Made by a program: the position numbers and the translations under genes. Below, one piece after another: positions 8,197 to 18,222 of a stretch of 55,258 bases of DNA. The number at the start of each line of letters is the position of its first letter. Position 1 is the first letter of the stretch. The stretch lies in the NCBI GenBank assembly GCA_003232715.1, contig QIJG01000050.1:1-55258 (forward strand), in the 5' to 3' direction. The DNA is from Nitrospirota bacterium. GTDB lineage: Bacteria; Nitrospirota; Thermodesulfovibrionia; Thermodesulfovibrionales; JdFR-85. Below the pieces are notes generated by a model that saw only the letters and a program-made list of their open reading frames with translations, was not told the DNA's origin and did not search any database.

Positions 8197-9973
8197 ATGT
8201 GAGTGTTCCTGTAGCAAGGGATTCCATTATTATGGAGACGTCAATTATCAGTACTACCCTTCCATCTCCTGCAATGGTGGCTCCGGCAATGATATTGGTA
8301 TCATTGAGGTTGACGAGATTGCCTTCAACTGCCTTTATAACCGCTTCTTCCTGTCCCTTAAGCCTGTCTACAGCCAATCCGAATTTTTTGTCGTTGGCCG
8401 TGGCTACTACGACATAAAGTGTTACCGGAGCCATTGGTGGAGAAGTTCCGAAAAGTTTTGCAAGCCTGATAATCGGCAGGACCTCTCCCCTCAGTTGTAT
8501 TACTTCCTGAGAGTTAACGGTGTGAATGTCTTGTGCCGTGACTCTTACAGTCTCCAGAACAGCCCCGAGCGGGATGGCATAGACCTCTTCTGCTGCCTCG
8601 ACCATAAGGGTCTGTATGATTGCAAGCGTGAGGGGAAACCTGATTATAAACCGTGAGCCCTTTCCTTTTTCAGTCAATATCTCAATAGTCCCGTTCAGCT
8701 TGCTGATGTTTGTCTTGACAACATCCATTCCAACGCCTCTGCCTGATATATCAGTTATCTCATTTGCTGTGGAAAACCCGGGGGTAAACAGGAGGTCGAG
8801 GACTTCCTTGCCGGATAGTGTCATGGCCTCCGGCTGCGTTATGATCTCCTTTTCCACCGCTTTCTGCCGTATGATATCCGGGTCCATCCCACGGCCATTA
8901 TCTTCTATTTCTATTACTATGTTGTTGCCTTCCTGGGACGCAGAAAATTTTACGGTTCCCTGAGCCGGCTTGCCGGCGCTTTGCCTTTCTTCAGGCAACT
9001 CAATGCCATGATCGAGAGCGTTTCTTACGAGATGGACAAGCGGATCTGCTATATTTTCAATTACCGACTTGTCCACCTCTGTTTCTTCACCGCTTATGAT
9101 GAGTTCCACTTCCTTTCCCCTTGATCGGGCGAGGTCCCTTACCATCCTTGGAAACTTGTTAAAGACCTTCTTCATAGGCTGCATCCTTGTTTTCATAACA
9201 GCTATCTGGAGGTCCGTGGTTATGATGCTGAGAAAGGCTGTGGTTTCAGACAGCATGGAGGTCTCATGGTCTTCGGGATGTCTTGTTTCAAGATTTGATG
9301 TTATCTTCATCAGCCTGTTTCTGCCGAGGACAAGTTCTCCAACGAGGTTAAGCACGTTATCAAGGCGTTCAATGTCCACACGCAGGGTCTGTTCGACATG
9401 AACCTTTTCTTTCTCAGGTGGATCTCCGGATGGTTCCTGTTCCGTGTTGCTCTCCTTTTGGGGTGACGCCTGAGAGTTTTCATCGGGAGTGATTGTTTCC
9501 GTCTCTTTGGTCTGACCTGGAACGGGTTTTTCTTCTTCTGCCGGAGGTCCGTCTTCCGTCCGGGCCCCATCCCCGGGATCCGTTGACTCCCCCTTTTCAA
9601 TGGCCTGCAACTTTGAAACAATGCTGTTTAGGTCCTCTTCCTTACCGTCTTTCTCCTTTATGTGCTCCAACAGCAGTTTCATCAGGTCTACGGAGTCGAG
9701 TATTACGTCCATGATATGGGGGGTCACCTGCAGGATGCCGTCTTTCAGCTTTTTCAGTATGTTCTCTGCCGTATGGGTGAGCTCCACCAACTGGTTGTAG
9801 CCGAGAAACCCCGAGGCCCCCTTCAGGGTATGAATGCTGCGGAATATCTCGTTAAGCAGGTCCTGGTTCGAACGGTCCTTTTCCAGGTCGACAAATTTTT
9901 CATCAAGAGCATCGAGTATCTCCTGAGTCTCGATAATGAAATCCTGTATTATCTCTTCCATTTCATCAGACAT
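8189..9973 (-). CDS. cheA: Chemotaxis histidine kinase CheA (Hpt-linker-dimerisation-HATPase-CheW-like; no evident P2 domain)
   Basis: Hpt motif FRSIHTLKGASG, G1 IEDNGRGMD, G2 GRGVGMDVV and a C-terminal CheW-like domain. A Pro/Glu/Thr-rich linker replaces P2. Confidence 0.9.
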   Translation of the reverse strand: MSDEMEEIIQDFIIETQEILDALDEKFVDLEKDRSNQDLLNEIFRSIHTLKGASGFLGYNQLVELTHTAENILKKLKDGILQVTPHIMDVILDSVDLMKLLLEHIKEKDGKEEDLNSIVSKLQAIEKGESTDPGDGARTEDGPPAEEEKPVPGQTKETETITPDENSQASPQKESNTEQEPSGDPPEKEKVHVEQTLRVDIERLDNVLNLVGELVLGRNRLMKITSNLETRHPEDHETSMLSETTAFLSIITTDLQIAVMKTRMQPMKKVFNKFPRMVRDLARSRGKEVELIISGEETEVDKSVIENIADPLVHLVRNALDHGIELPEERQSAGKPAQGTVKFSASQEGNNIVIEIEDNGRGMDPDIIRQKAVEKEIITQPEAMTLSGKEVLDLLFTPGFSTANEITDISGRGVGMDVVKTNISKLNGTIEILTEKGKGSRFIIRFPLTLAIIQTLMVEAAEEVYAIPLGAVLETVRVTAQDIHTVNSQEVIQLRGEVLPIIRLAKLFGTSPPMAPVTLYVVVATANDKKFGLAVDRLKGQEEAVIKAVEGNLVNLNDTNIIAGATIAGDGRVVLIIDVSIIMESLATGTLTYA

Positions 9974-10076
9974 CGCTTCCTCCGTGCAGATGTATACGAA
10001 GAACAGCAGCCACAGGCTTTACCGGTTGTCGGTGGATTTTCATATCTCCGGACAATGACGGGTGATCTGTACACTG

Positions 10077-10469
10077 TCAGCTCTTGTTCAGCCGTTCAAA
10101 AATCTGCTCCATTTTCTGTTTCAATGTTTCTGCGGTAAAAGGCTTGACTATATAATTATTCACCCCTGCCTTGATTGCGGTAACAACCTTGTCTTTTTCG
10201 GCTTCCGCCGTGACCATCAGTACGGGCAGGTCCTTAAGTTCCGGGTCGGACCGTACCTTTTTCAACATATCGAGGCCGTCCATGTTGGGCATGTTCCAGT
10301 CGGATACCACGAAGTTAAATGTGTTGTTCTTAAGCTTTGTATAAGCCTGAGCTCCATCCTCTGCCTCCTCGATATTGTTGTAACCGAGCTGCTTGAGGAC
10401 ATTTTTGACTATCTTTCTCATTGTGGAAAAATCGTCCACAACGAGTATTTTCATGTTAAGATCGAACAT
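10077..10469 (-). CDS. cheY: Chemotaxis response regulator CheY
   Basis: 130 aa. [36 protein letters not shown] lies 7 nt upstream of the ATG at 10469. Confidence 0.9.
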   Translation of the reverse strand: MFDLNMKILVVDDFSTMRKIVKNVLKQLGYNNIEEAEDGAQAYTKLKNNTFNFVVSDWNMPNMDGLDMLKKVRSDPELKDLPVLMVTAEAEKDKVVTAIKAGVNNYIVKPFTAETLKQKMEQIFERLNKS

Positions 10470-10854
10470 TTAAATTACCTCCTTCCTTGAAAATCCTTTT
10501 TAATAATTCCAGCACTTTCTCGTTTATCATCTCTGCAGTGACCGGCTTGACAAGATAACCGTCAGCTCCGGCATCAAAGGCATGTCTCTTCTCTTCCTCG
10601 TCAGCTTCAGTGGAGATCATCAAGACCGGGATATGACTGTATGAGGACTCGGACTTCATATTTTTTATAAACTCTATGCCATCCATGTAAGGCATATTCA
10701 GGTCGGTCAGGACTATGTTTATGTTCTCTGTCCCGAGTTTTTCAAGTGCGTCGAGCCCGTTTTCAGCAAAGGCTACGTCATATCCTTTTGACCTCAGATA
10801 GAGACCCAGGAGTTTTCTCGTCACACTGTCGTCGTCAACAACTAATATCCTCAT
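10456..10854 (-). CDS. Second CheY-like single-domain response regulator
   Basis: 132 aa. [34 protein letters not shown]. Confidence 0.85.
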   Translation of the reverse strand: MRILVVDDDSVTRKLLGLYLRSKGYDVAFAENGLDALEKLGTENINIVLTDLNMPYMDGIEFIKNMKSESSYSHIPVLMISTEADEEEKRHAFDAGADGYLVKPVTAEMINEKVLELLKRIFKEGGNLNVRS

Positions 10855-10856
10855 AA

Positions 10857-11678
10857 CTATACCTTCTGATACACCACGGTTTTGTTTATAATTATCGGTC
10901 TGAAAGCCCTCGTTACCGTATGCAGGCTCTCGGACATTCCAATAAAGAGATACCCCTTTGGTTTCAACGAGTCGTATAGAGACGAGATCGCCTTCCTCTT
11001 GTTCCTGTCGTCAAAATAAATCAGTACATTTCTGCAGAATACGACGTCCAGGTTTCTCATCGTCCTTACCTGTTTTTCTTCCACAAGGTTGATATTCGAG
11101 AATTTCACCATCGCTTTTATCCCGGGATCAAGGTAATAAACGCCGCCGGTGTTACGGAAATATTTTTTCAGGTGTCCCTCTGATACATTCCTCACGGAAT
11201 AAGAACTGTAAGCAGACTTCATAGCGGCCTCCAGTACGCCATTACTGATATCTGAGGCGATTATCTCTTTCCTGATCAATCTTGTCTCCTGGTACTCATT
11301 GAAAACAATGGCAATGGTATACGGTTCCTCTCCCGTCGAGCACGCGGCTGACCAGACCCTGATCCCTTTTGAGCCGGTAGAGAGTATCGACGGTACAACG
11401 TGCTTGACAAAGATGTCAAGTTGCCGGGGCTCTCTGAAAAAATACGTTTCGTTCGTGGTGATGACGTCGAAGAGTTTTCTGATTTCATCGCCGTTTCCCG
11501 AGTATTTGATGAGAGAGAGGTAGTTTTCATAACTCGTGAGTTTTCTTTCTTCGAGCCTCCTGATAAGGCGGTTTTCAAGGAGGTATTTCTTGGTGTCGGG
11601 AATATATATACCGCTTTTTTCATGAACAAAATCCCTCAGCTCTCTGAAGGTCTCTTCCTTGAGTGCAGGAGCTACCAT
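10857..11678 (-). CDS. cheR: Chemotaxis methyltransferase CheR
   Basis: ETYFFREPRQ plus the SAM-binding VWSAACSTGEEPYTIA and VVFCRNVLIYFD. Confidence 0.9.
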   Translation of the reverse strand: MVAPALKEETFRELRDFVHEKSGIYIPDTKKYLLENRLIRRLEERKLTSYENYLSLIKYSGNGDEIRKLFDVITTNETYFFREPRQLDIFVKHVVPSILSTGSKGIRVWSAACSTGEEPYTIAIVFNEYQETRLIRKEIIASDISNGVLEAAMKSAYSSYSVRNVSEGHLKKYFRNTGGVYYLDPGIKAMVKFSNINLVEEKQVRTMRNLDVVFCRNVLIYFDDRNKRKAISSLYDSLKPKGYLFIGMSESLHTVTRAFRPIIINKTVVYQKV

Positions 11679-13519
11679 GAGGTTTCGAGTGCCTCCGCAA
11701 TCTTTTCTCTTATATCCGGATTCTCATGCTCTCTCAGTGCATCCAGTGCTTTCAGTGCATCCGGATGATCGATTCCGGACAGGGCTTCAATGGCTCCCAG
11801 CATCACAGGAACTTCCGGGTCGTACAACATCGAGACTATGGGTTCAAGGGATTGCGGGCCGTTTACGGAGGCAAGAGCCCTTAAGGCGTAAAATCTTACC
11901 CACATGTCACTGTCTTTCAGCAAGTCTGTCAGTTCCTCCCTACAGCACCCCATCTCCTCTATGCACTGGGCAGCGGCCTTTCTTACGTCCGGGTCAGCGT
12001 CTCGAGTGGCCTCTTTGATCCTACTGAGGGTCCTCTCCTCCTGAGGTGTCTTGCCAAGGCTCAGGACAGCAGAGACCCTGACGGTCGGAGAGGCATCCCC
12101 GGAGAGGGTGATGATCAGATCCGTATCCTCCGAGAAACTTGCTATCATCTCCCTTGTGGCTTCCTCATAATCATTGAGACCTGAAACGAACTGTTTTTCA
12201 TCGATCCTCATCAGAGACCGGATGATCTCCTCTCTTACGTCTCTGTAAGGTTCTATCATGAGGAGTTTCAGGAGCTCATCATATGCTGAGGGGTCACTCA
12301 GTCTCCCAAGGGCTATTACCGCCGCCTTTCTGACATGCCCGTCTGGGTCGTCGGTAGCTGATAAAAGGGCTTCGATCGTTTCATTGTCGGCGTTCAACTC
12401 TCCGAGTGCGGCTGCACCGGCCCTGCGGACGTCCCTTAAGGGAGATTTAACGACCTCGATAAGATGTGAGGCGGCCTTCCTGCATCTCATCTTGCCGAGT
12501 GCTTCGATGGCGAGGACCTTCCCCCTGAACCTGGTCCCTGGAGACCCGATCACCTCCATCAATTTTTCCGAACACCCGATTCTGAGCAGGGCTTCCCTGA
12601 AGACCGTCAGGGTTTCGATCTCGTCCGGAAGTGACGGGTCGAGCGAGCCTCCCTTGTCCACTATGACAGGTATCGCTTCGTAGCAACCAATGGAGACGAG
12701 GCCTTTCAGGGCTATCAGAATGTCCTCTTTGTCATCACTCTGCAGCATCGTCATGAGTATCTCCGAGAGATCCTTCATCTCAGGAGTCAGGCCTATTTCG
12801 ATCAGACTTTTGAGGATTGCGTTCTTTTCGAGTCCTGATGCATCTTTGATGAATTCCTTGAGTATGGCACCAGCCTTGTGTGTGCCTATCTTGCCAAGAG
12901 CCTCTATTACAGAATACCTGATGGCTTCTGCAGGGCCGTAAAGCAGTTCCGTAAGGGGTTCGAGCGCTGCAGGGTCTTTAATTTCAGCTATCGCTTCGAG
13001 TGCGGAGAAACAGACCCACTCTTCGTCCTTCAGAGCCTTTATAAGCTCTTTGATCGAGCCCGGACATCCAAGCTTGCCGATAGCCTTTACCGTGGCTGCC
13101 CTCACATTCGGGTTGGTATCAGTGAGCATCGGGCCGAGGTATTGACAGGCTCCGGGATCGCCTATGTCCGTCATGAGGTCTATTGCAAACTTCCTGACGT
13201 CATCATCCTTATCCTTGAGAAGCCCGGAAAGCAAGTCGATGTTGCCTATCTCGCGGAGGATGATAAAAGCCGTGTTCCTGATGAGGGCCTCCTCTTTAAG
13301 CAGGGGGATAACCATATAAGCCGTGACTTCTCCTCCGATATTTATGAGGGATCTCATGGCGGCGTCCTGCACTCCGGGGTTTAGGTCCCTGAGGGCCTGA
13401 AGGAGGGGGTATATGGCCCTCTCGTCGCCGTCTGAGAGCGCTTCTGCAGCTGATCTCCTTGCGGAGGGATCGCTGGATCCGAGTTTGCTTATAAGTTTGT
13501 TGAGTCTTCCGGCGTTCAT
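11672..13519 (-). CDS. HEAT-repeat (PBS-lyase-type) protein, 615 aa
   Basis: Reiterated units of about 30 aa of the type D..VR..A..ALG.LGDP.A...L throughout. Its stop overlaps the cheR start. Confidence 0.8.
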   Translation of the reverse strand: MNAGRLNKLISKLGSSDPSARRSAAEALSDGDERAIYPLLQALRDLNPGVQDAAMRSLINIGGEVTAYMVIPLLKEEALIRNTAFIILREIGNIDLLSGLLKDKDDDVRKFAIDLMTDIGDPGACQYLGPMLTDTNPNVRAATVKAIGKLGCPGSIKELIKALKDEEWVCFSALEAIAEIKDPAALEPLTELLYGPAEAIRYSVIEALGKIGTHKAGAILKEFIKDASGLEKNAILKSLIEIGLTPEMKDLSEILMTMLQSDDKEDILIALKGLVSIGCYEAIPVIVDKGGSLDPSLPDEIETLTVFREALLRIGCSEKLMEVIGSPGTRFRGKVLAIEALGKMRCRKAASHLIEVVKSPLRDVRRAGAAALGELNADNETIEALLSATDDPDGHVRKAAVIALGRLSDPSAYDELLKLLMIEPYRDVREEIIRSLMRIDEKQFVSGLNDYEEATREMIASFSEDTDLIITLSGDASPTVRVSAVLSLGKTPQEERTLSRIKEATRDADPDVRKAAAQCIEEMGCCREELTDLLKDSDMWVRFYALRALASVNGPQSLEPIVSMLYDPEVPVMLGAIEALSGIDHPDALKALDALREHENPDIREKIAEALETSW

Positions 13520-13528
13520 TTGAATATA

Positions 13529-13555
13529 GTATCGGACTGTGAGTCGGAAACTTTA
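13529..13555 (-). promoter_or_regulatory. Candidate sigma-28-type promoter overlapping the fliA stop codon
   Basis: The minus strand reads TAAAGTTT-N11-TCCGATAC. The TAA of TAAA is the fliA stop. The -10 element ends about 10 nt before the HEAT-protein ATG (13519), which has no visible Shine-Dalgarno sequence. Confidence 0.4.
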
Positions 13556-14302
13556 ATCACCGGTTGTTTCCTCAATATAGGCCCTCATGCTGATAACGGC
13601 CTGACTGTGAAGTTGAGACACTCTTGATTCAGAGATGCCCAGGACCTTCCCGATCTCTTTAAAGGTAATCTCCTCCCAGTAATAGAGTGAGAGGATGATT
13701 TTTTCCCGTTCCGGCAACCTCTCCATGGCTTTCACCAGATGGCCTTTAATATCAGCCTTCTCGATGAGTGCGAGAGGATCATCTGCATTCCGGTCGCGGA
13801 TATGTTCATATATATTGTACTCTCCGTCTCCGCCTTGCCCGACCCTGTATGAGATATCTTCAAGACTTATTGTCACCGACCCGTTTGCATCCTGAAGCAA
13901 CTTGAAGAGTTCATCGGGCTCAATTCCGAGTTCCTCTGTAACCTCTTCTTCGGAAGGAGGACGTTCAAGTTTCTGTTCCAGACGGCGGTATGCTGATTTA
14001 AGGTTGTTTATCTTTTTCTGAAGCTGTTTTGGTGCCCATTCAGCAGACCTCAGTTCATCAAGCATTGCCCCTTTTATCCTGTATTCGGAATAGGTCTTTA
14101 TATTTGTGTATCTTGAAGGGTCGTACCTTTCAATTGCATCAAGCAGTCCTATCACGCCTACACTTAAGAGATCATCTATTGTAAGTTGTGGTGATAGTCT
14201 CCAGGCAAGCCTGTAAGCAGTATATTTTATGTACGGAAGCATATCCTTCAGGACGGCTTCTTTTTCTTCCTCTGTAGTGATGGTCTTATACCCTTGTATC
14301 AT
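13553..14302 (-). CDS. fliA: Flagellar sigma factor FliA (sigma-28)
   Basis: Sigma-70 family regions 2-4 (VGVIGLLDAIERYDP; region 4.2 TFKEIGKVLGISESRVSQLHSQA). Position after flhFG. Confidence 0.9.
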   Translation of the reverse strand: MIQGYKTITTEEEKEAVLKDMLPYIKYTAYRLAWRLSPQLTIDDLLSVGVIGLLDAIERYDPSRYTNIKTYSEYRIKGAMLDELRSAEWAPKQLQKKINNLKSAYRRLEQKLERPPSEEEVTEELGIEPDELFKLLQDANGSVTISLEDISYRVGQGGDGEYNIYEHIRDRNADDPLALIEKADIKGHLVKAMERLPEREKIILSLYYWEEITFKEIGKVLGISESRVSQLHSQAVISMRAYIEETTGD

Positions 14303-15125
14303 TTCCGACCCCGAAAAGATTTCCTAAAAAGAACTGGATGCTTCCTTTAAGCCTGGTTCTACTATCGTTGCCGAGTTTAAACGCGAGCTCATTAAAGCCT
14401 TGTGCAGAGAGACTTTCAGGCTCAGAGGTTACAACCGTTTTCTGGGACCTGACGGCCCTCGGTATAGCGCTATCGTGAGGAATAAATCCAAGATAGTCGA
14501 GCGCTATGTTCAGAAACCTGTCCGTCACAATATGCAGTCTCTTAAAGACCTCAAGCGCCTCGAAAGAACTTCCGGCACAGTTGACGAGTATTTTGAACTC
14601 CCTTTCCTGATATCTGGTGTAGAGGAGTTTAATCAATGCATAGGCGTCTGTAAGAGAGGTCGGTTCCGGGGTTATAACAACCACTATATCCTGTGCAGCC
14701 ATACAGAAGAAGGTTACATTGGAGGATATGCCTCCACTGGTATCAATCAGGAGAACATCCACATCCTCATCAAAGGAATCAAATTCATCGAGCAATCTTA
14801 ACCTCTCAAATTCGTTGATTCTGGTGAGTTCTTCTATTCCGGAACTTGCAGGCAGTACCATGACGCCCTCCGGACCCTTTACAATGACTTCTCCAAGGGA
14901 CCTTTCACCTTTCAGAAGGTGATGAATATTGTATCGTGGTGCCATGCCGAAAAGGATGTCGATGTTGCTCAGTCCGAGGTCGGCGTCAAAGATGAGGACC
15001 TTTTTCCCCTGTCTCTGAAGTGATATGGCGAGGTTTGCCACTATATTTGTCTTACCGACTCCGCCCTTTCCGCTTGTAACTGCTATGGTACTTATCTGTT
15101 TCGGATGATTCTTTAATTGTTTCAT
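14286..15125 (-). CDS. flhG: MinD/ParA-type flagellar number regulator FlhG (YlxH)
   Basis: Deviant Walker A SGKGGVGKT. Follows flhF with a 4-nt overlap. Confidence 0.85.
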   Translation of the reverse strand: MKQLKNHPKQISTIAVTSGKGGVGKTNIVANLAISLQRQGKKVLIFDADLGLSNIDILFGMAPRYNIHHLLKGERSLGEVIVKGPEGVMVLPASSGIEELTRINEFERLRLLDEFDSFDEDVDVLLIDTSGGISSNVTFFCMAAQDIVVVITPEPTSLTDAYALIKLLYTRYQEREFKILVNCAGSSFEALEVFKRLHIVTDRFLNIALDYLGFIPHDSAIPRAVRSQKTVVTSEPESLSAQGFNELAFKLGNDSRTRLKGSIQFFLGNLFGVGNDTRV

Positions 15126-16135
15126 TCTTCCACTCCTTTTTCCAGTATGAGTTTTGCAAGTGTATTATTGTCTGGAAACTCTATATCCATTGGGATACGT
15201 TGTCCGGTGGTAATATAGGCAACAGGTTTTTGATACAGGACGGACAGATTGTAGATGGAACCCGCATTAACTGCCTCATCTACCTTTGTAAAGCCGAGAC
15301 AATCGATTTTGAGCTGCCTGTAATATTTATATGCATCAATCATAAAGATATCATCACTGCTTGTGCTCATGATCAGATGTGTCTCTATCGGGAGACCAAG
15401 GGTATGAATCTTTCGGATTTCTTCAATATATTTTTTATCCCTGGGATTTCTCCCGGTCGTATCAATAAATATCATGTCGCGGCCGGTATGTTTAATCACC
15501 TTGTCTTTCAGGCCGGAGATATCAGATACCACCTCCAGGGGAACTCCCAGAATCCTTGCAAAAAACCTGAGCTGCTCAACTGCACCAATGCGGTATGTAT
15601 CAAGTGTTATGATGGCAATCCTCTTGCCTGACCGTATTGCCTGGGAGGCAAGTTTGGCCAGTGTGGTGGTTTTCCCAACGCCGGTGGGGCCTATGAGCAT
15701 CACTGCTTTTTTAGCAGATGGTGCATCCATGGTCTTTATCTCCTCTGTCAGGACATTCAGGAGGGACTCAGCGTTTCCTGCCTTCTCACATAGCCTCAGT
15801 GCGAATTCTTCCTTAACGGACCTTTTTAGCAGCAGTTTCAGTATTTTGAGTTTTTTATCCGGAAGTTTCATCTCATATCCGCTCTTCTTCATCTGGACGA
15901 GGGCCTCTTTCAGCCGTTCGACCTCGCTTTTGAGTTCCGAGAGGTCTGTTGGTTTTTCAGTGGCACAGGACGGTTCAGAGATGTTTATCCCTTCATAGTC
16001 CACTGCTGCAACGACCTCGACCATATCTTCTTTAAGTTGTTCTGATGAGAGAATTACTGCATCGGGGCCCAGTTCTTTCTTTACCATCTTGAGTACCACG
16101 GAAAAAGTCTTCGCATGGAATTTTTTAATCTTCAT
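15122..16135 (-). CDS. flhF: SRP-type GTPase FlhF
   Basis: GPTGVGKTTTLAKLA, IDTTGRNPRD, GFTKVDE (G1, G3 and G4 boxes). Confidence 0.9.
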   Translation of the reverse strand: MKIKKFHAKTFSVVLKMVKKELGPDAVILSSEQLKEDMVEVVAAVDYEGINISEPSCATEKPTDLSELKSEVERLKEALVQMKKSGYEMKLPDKKLKILKLLLKRSVKEEFALRLCEKAGNAESLLNVLTEEIKTMDAPSAKKAVMLIGPTGVGKTTTLAKLASQAIRSGKRIAIITLDTYRIGAVEQLRFFARILGVPLEVVSDISGLKDKVIKHTGRDMIFIDTTGRNPRDKKYIEEIRKIHTLGLPIETHLIMSTSSDDIFMIDAYKYYRQLKIDCLGFTKVDEAVNAGSIYNLSVLYQKPVAYITTGQRIPMDIEFPDNNTLAKLILEKGVEE

Positions 16136-18141
16136 AGCTCACCATTCCCAGTGAATAAAGTTTTGTGTTTGATGAAATTTCATTGCTTGACAGGATGACC
16201 AGAGAGGGCATGAGCCTGTCGGCAATGTTTCTTAAATGTCTGCGTATCTGGGGAGAACAGACCAGAACCGGCTGGATATTTTTGAGCTTGTCTCCCTTCA
16301 AAGTCTTTTCAATCCCCCTCAGGAGTCGTTGCATTAATTGAGGTGACAGGCCTGTACCGTCTTCCATAGACTGGATAATTTCCCGTTCATATTGCGGGTC
16401 AAGGGTGAAGACAGGCAGGGTGCCGTCAGGGAGCATATACTGTCTGCTTATAACCCTGGAGAGGGACTGTCTGACGAGTTCTGTAAGTGTATCAGGGTCT
16501 TTTACCTTTTGACCGTGATCAAGAAGGGTTTCAAGTATAGTGACCATATCCTTGATAGGTATGCGTTCTTTAAGGAGATTCTGAAGTACTCTCTGTACCG
16601 TGCCTAACGGGAGTATGGTTGGAACAAGTTCTTCTACTATCCGAGGGTAGTTCCTTGATACATTGTCGAGAATATCCTGTGTCTCAGCCCTGCTAAGGAC
16701 CTCCCATCCATATCTCCTGAGCAGTTCTGTCAGGTGGGTGACGATGACAGTGGATGGGTCGACAACCGTATGTCCCCTGGTCTGGGCGGATTCTATTTCA
16801 CTCTCATCAATCCAGCAGGCCGGCAGGCCAAAGGCAGGTTCTTTTGTAGGGATACCCTCAACCTTCTCCTGTCCCTCATCCCCGGCCACTGCAAGCCATT
16901 TTCCTAAAAGCACTTCTCCCTTTACAATCTCAACCCCTTTTATCTGGAAACTGTATTCATGGGGTCTGAGCTGCAGATTGTCCTTTATATGAACAGGGGG
17001 GACTATAAATCCAAGTTCCTGTGCAATCTGTCTGCGCATTGCCTTGATCTTTCCAAGCATCTGTCCACCCGGTTCTTCAACAAGGGGTATCAATCCGTAG
17101 CCGATCTCAAGGCTGAGGGGATCAAGTTCGAGATACGATTCAATTGACGGTTCTGAGGGGACCTCGGCCTCCGTGGCCTCTTCCTGTACAGTGGCAGGTT
17201 TTCGGGATACCATGTATGCAATCGAGCCGGAGGTGACGGATATAATGAAAAACGGGATATGGGGCGGAACAAGGGCGAGGAGGAAAAGTACCCCGGATGC
17301 AGTTGACAGGGCCTTGGGATTAACGAATATTTGTTTTTTAACCTCATCTCCAAGGTCTGTATCGCTTCCTGCCCGGCTTACGACTATGCCTGCCGAGGTT
17401 GATACGAGCAATGCAGGTATCTGTGATACAAGTCCGTCCCCTATTGTAAGGAGCATATATGTTCTTGCGGCATCGGCGATGGGCATGCCCTTCTGAAGGA
17501 CCCCTATCAGGAGCCCTCCCATAATGTTTATCCCTGTTATAATGAGTCCTGCAATGGCATCACCCCTTACAAATTTACTCGCACCATCCATGGCCCCGTA
17601 AAAATCCGCTTCATGAGAAATGGTTTCGCGTCTCCTCGTCTATAAGACCGGCATTCAGGTCGGCATCTATTGCCATCTGTTTGCCGGGCATGGCATCCAG
17701 GGTAAATCTTGCCGCCACCTCGGCGATCCTGCCTGCCCCTTTTGTAATAACTATAAAGTTGATAATCACAAGGATCAGAAATACGATAAGCCCTACTGCA
17801 TAATTACCGCCAACAACAAAATTGCCGAATGATTTTATTACACGGCCTGCGGCTTCCGGGCCTTCATTTCCCTTTAGGAGTATTATTCTTGTTGTTGCAA
17901 TATTGAGAGACAGCCTGTAGAGGGTGACCATAAGCAGGAGAGACGGGAAGACCGAAAAATCAAGGGGTTTTTTAATATAGACAGATGTAAGAAGTATCAC
18001 GATTGCAATGGATATGGATATGGACAGAAATATATCAAGGGCAAAGGCGGGTACCGGCAAAAGCATTATCCCCAGGACTACCACCATACTTAGCGCCAGG
18101 GCCATGTCACTGCGATTTTTTAGAAAGTTTAAGCGGTTCAT
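16125..18141 (-). pseudogene. flhA: Flagellar export gate FlhA, split into two ORFs by a frameshift (17611-18141 N-terminal TM part; 16125-17591 remainder)
   Basis: The 176-aa ORF ends ...[32 protein letters not shown]. The conserved continuation [29 protein letters not shown] is readable in another frame immediately afterwards. The two ORFs are in different frames (18141-17591 = 550, not a multiple of 3). Confidence 0.85.
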
Positions 18142-18222
18142 CTGTTTTCCTCCAGGTTGCCGGTTAATCTTTCCCCGCCGGCTTGATCACATTGCAGCCC
18201 GTCATTCCTCAGCAGTGACATT

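Noticed and set aside
9310-9621. 103-aa minus-strand ORF inside cheA in another frame
   Set aside because: It is an Arg/Lys/Pro-rich translation of the cheA low-complexity linker region and lies entirely within a well-supported gene.
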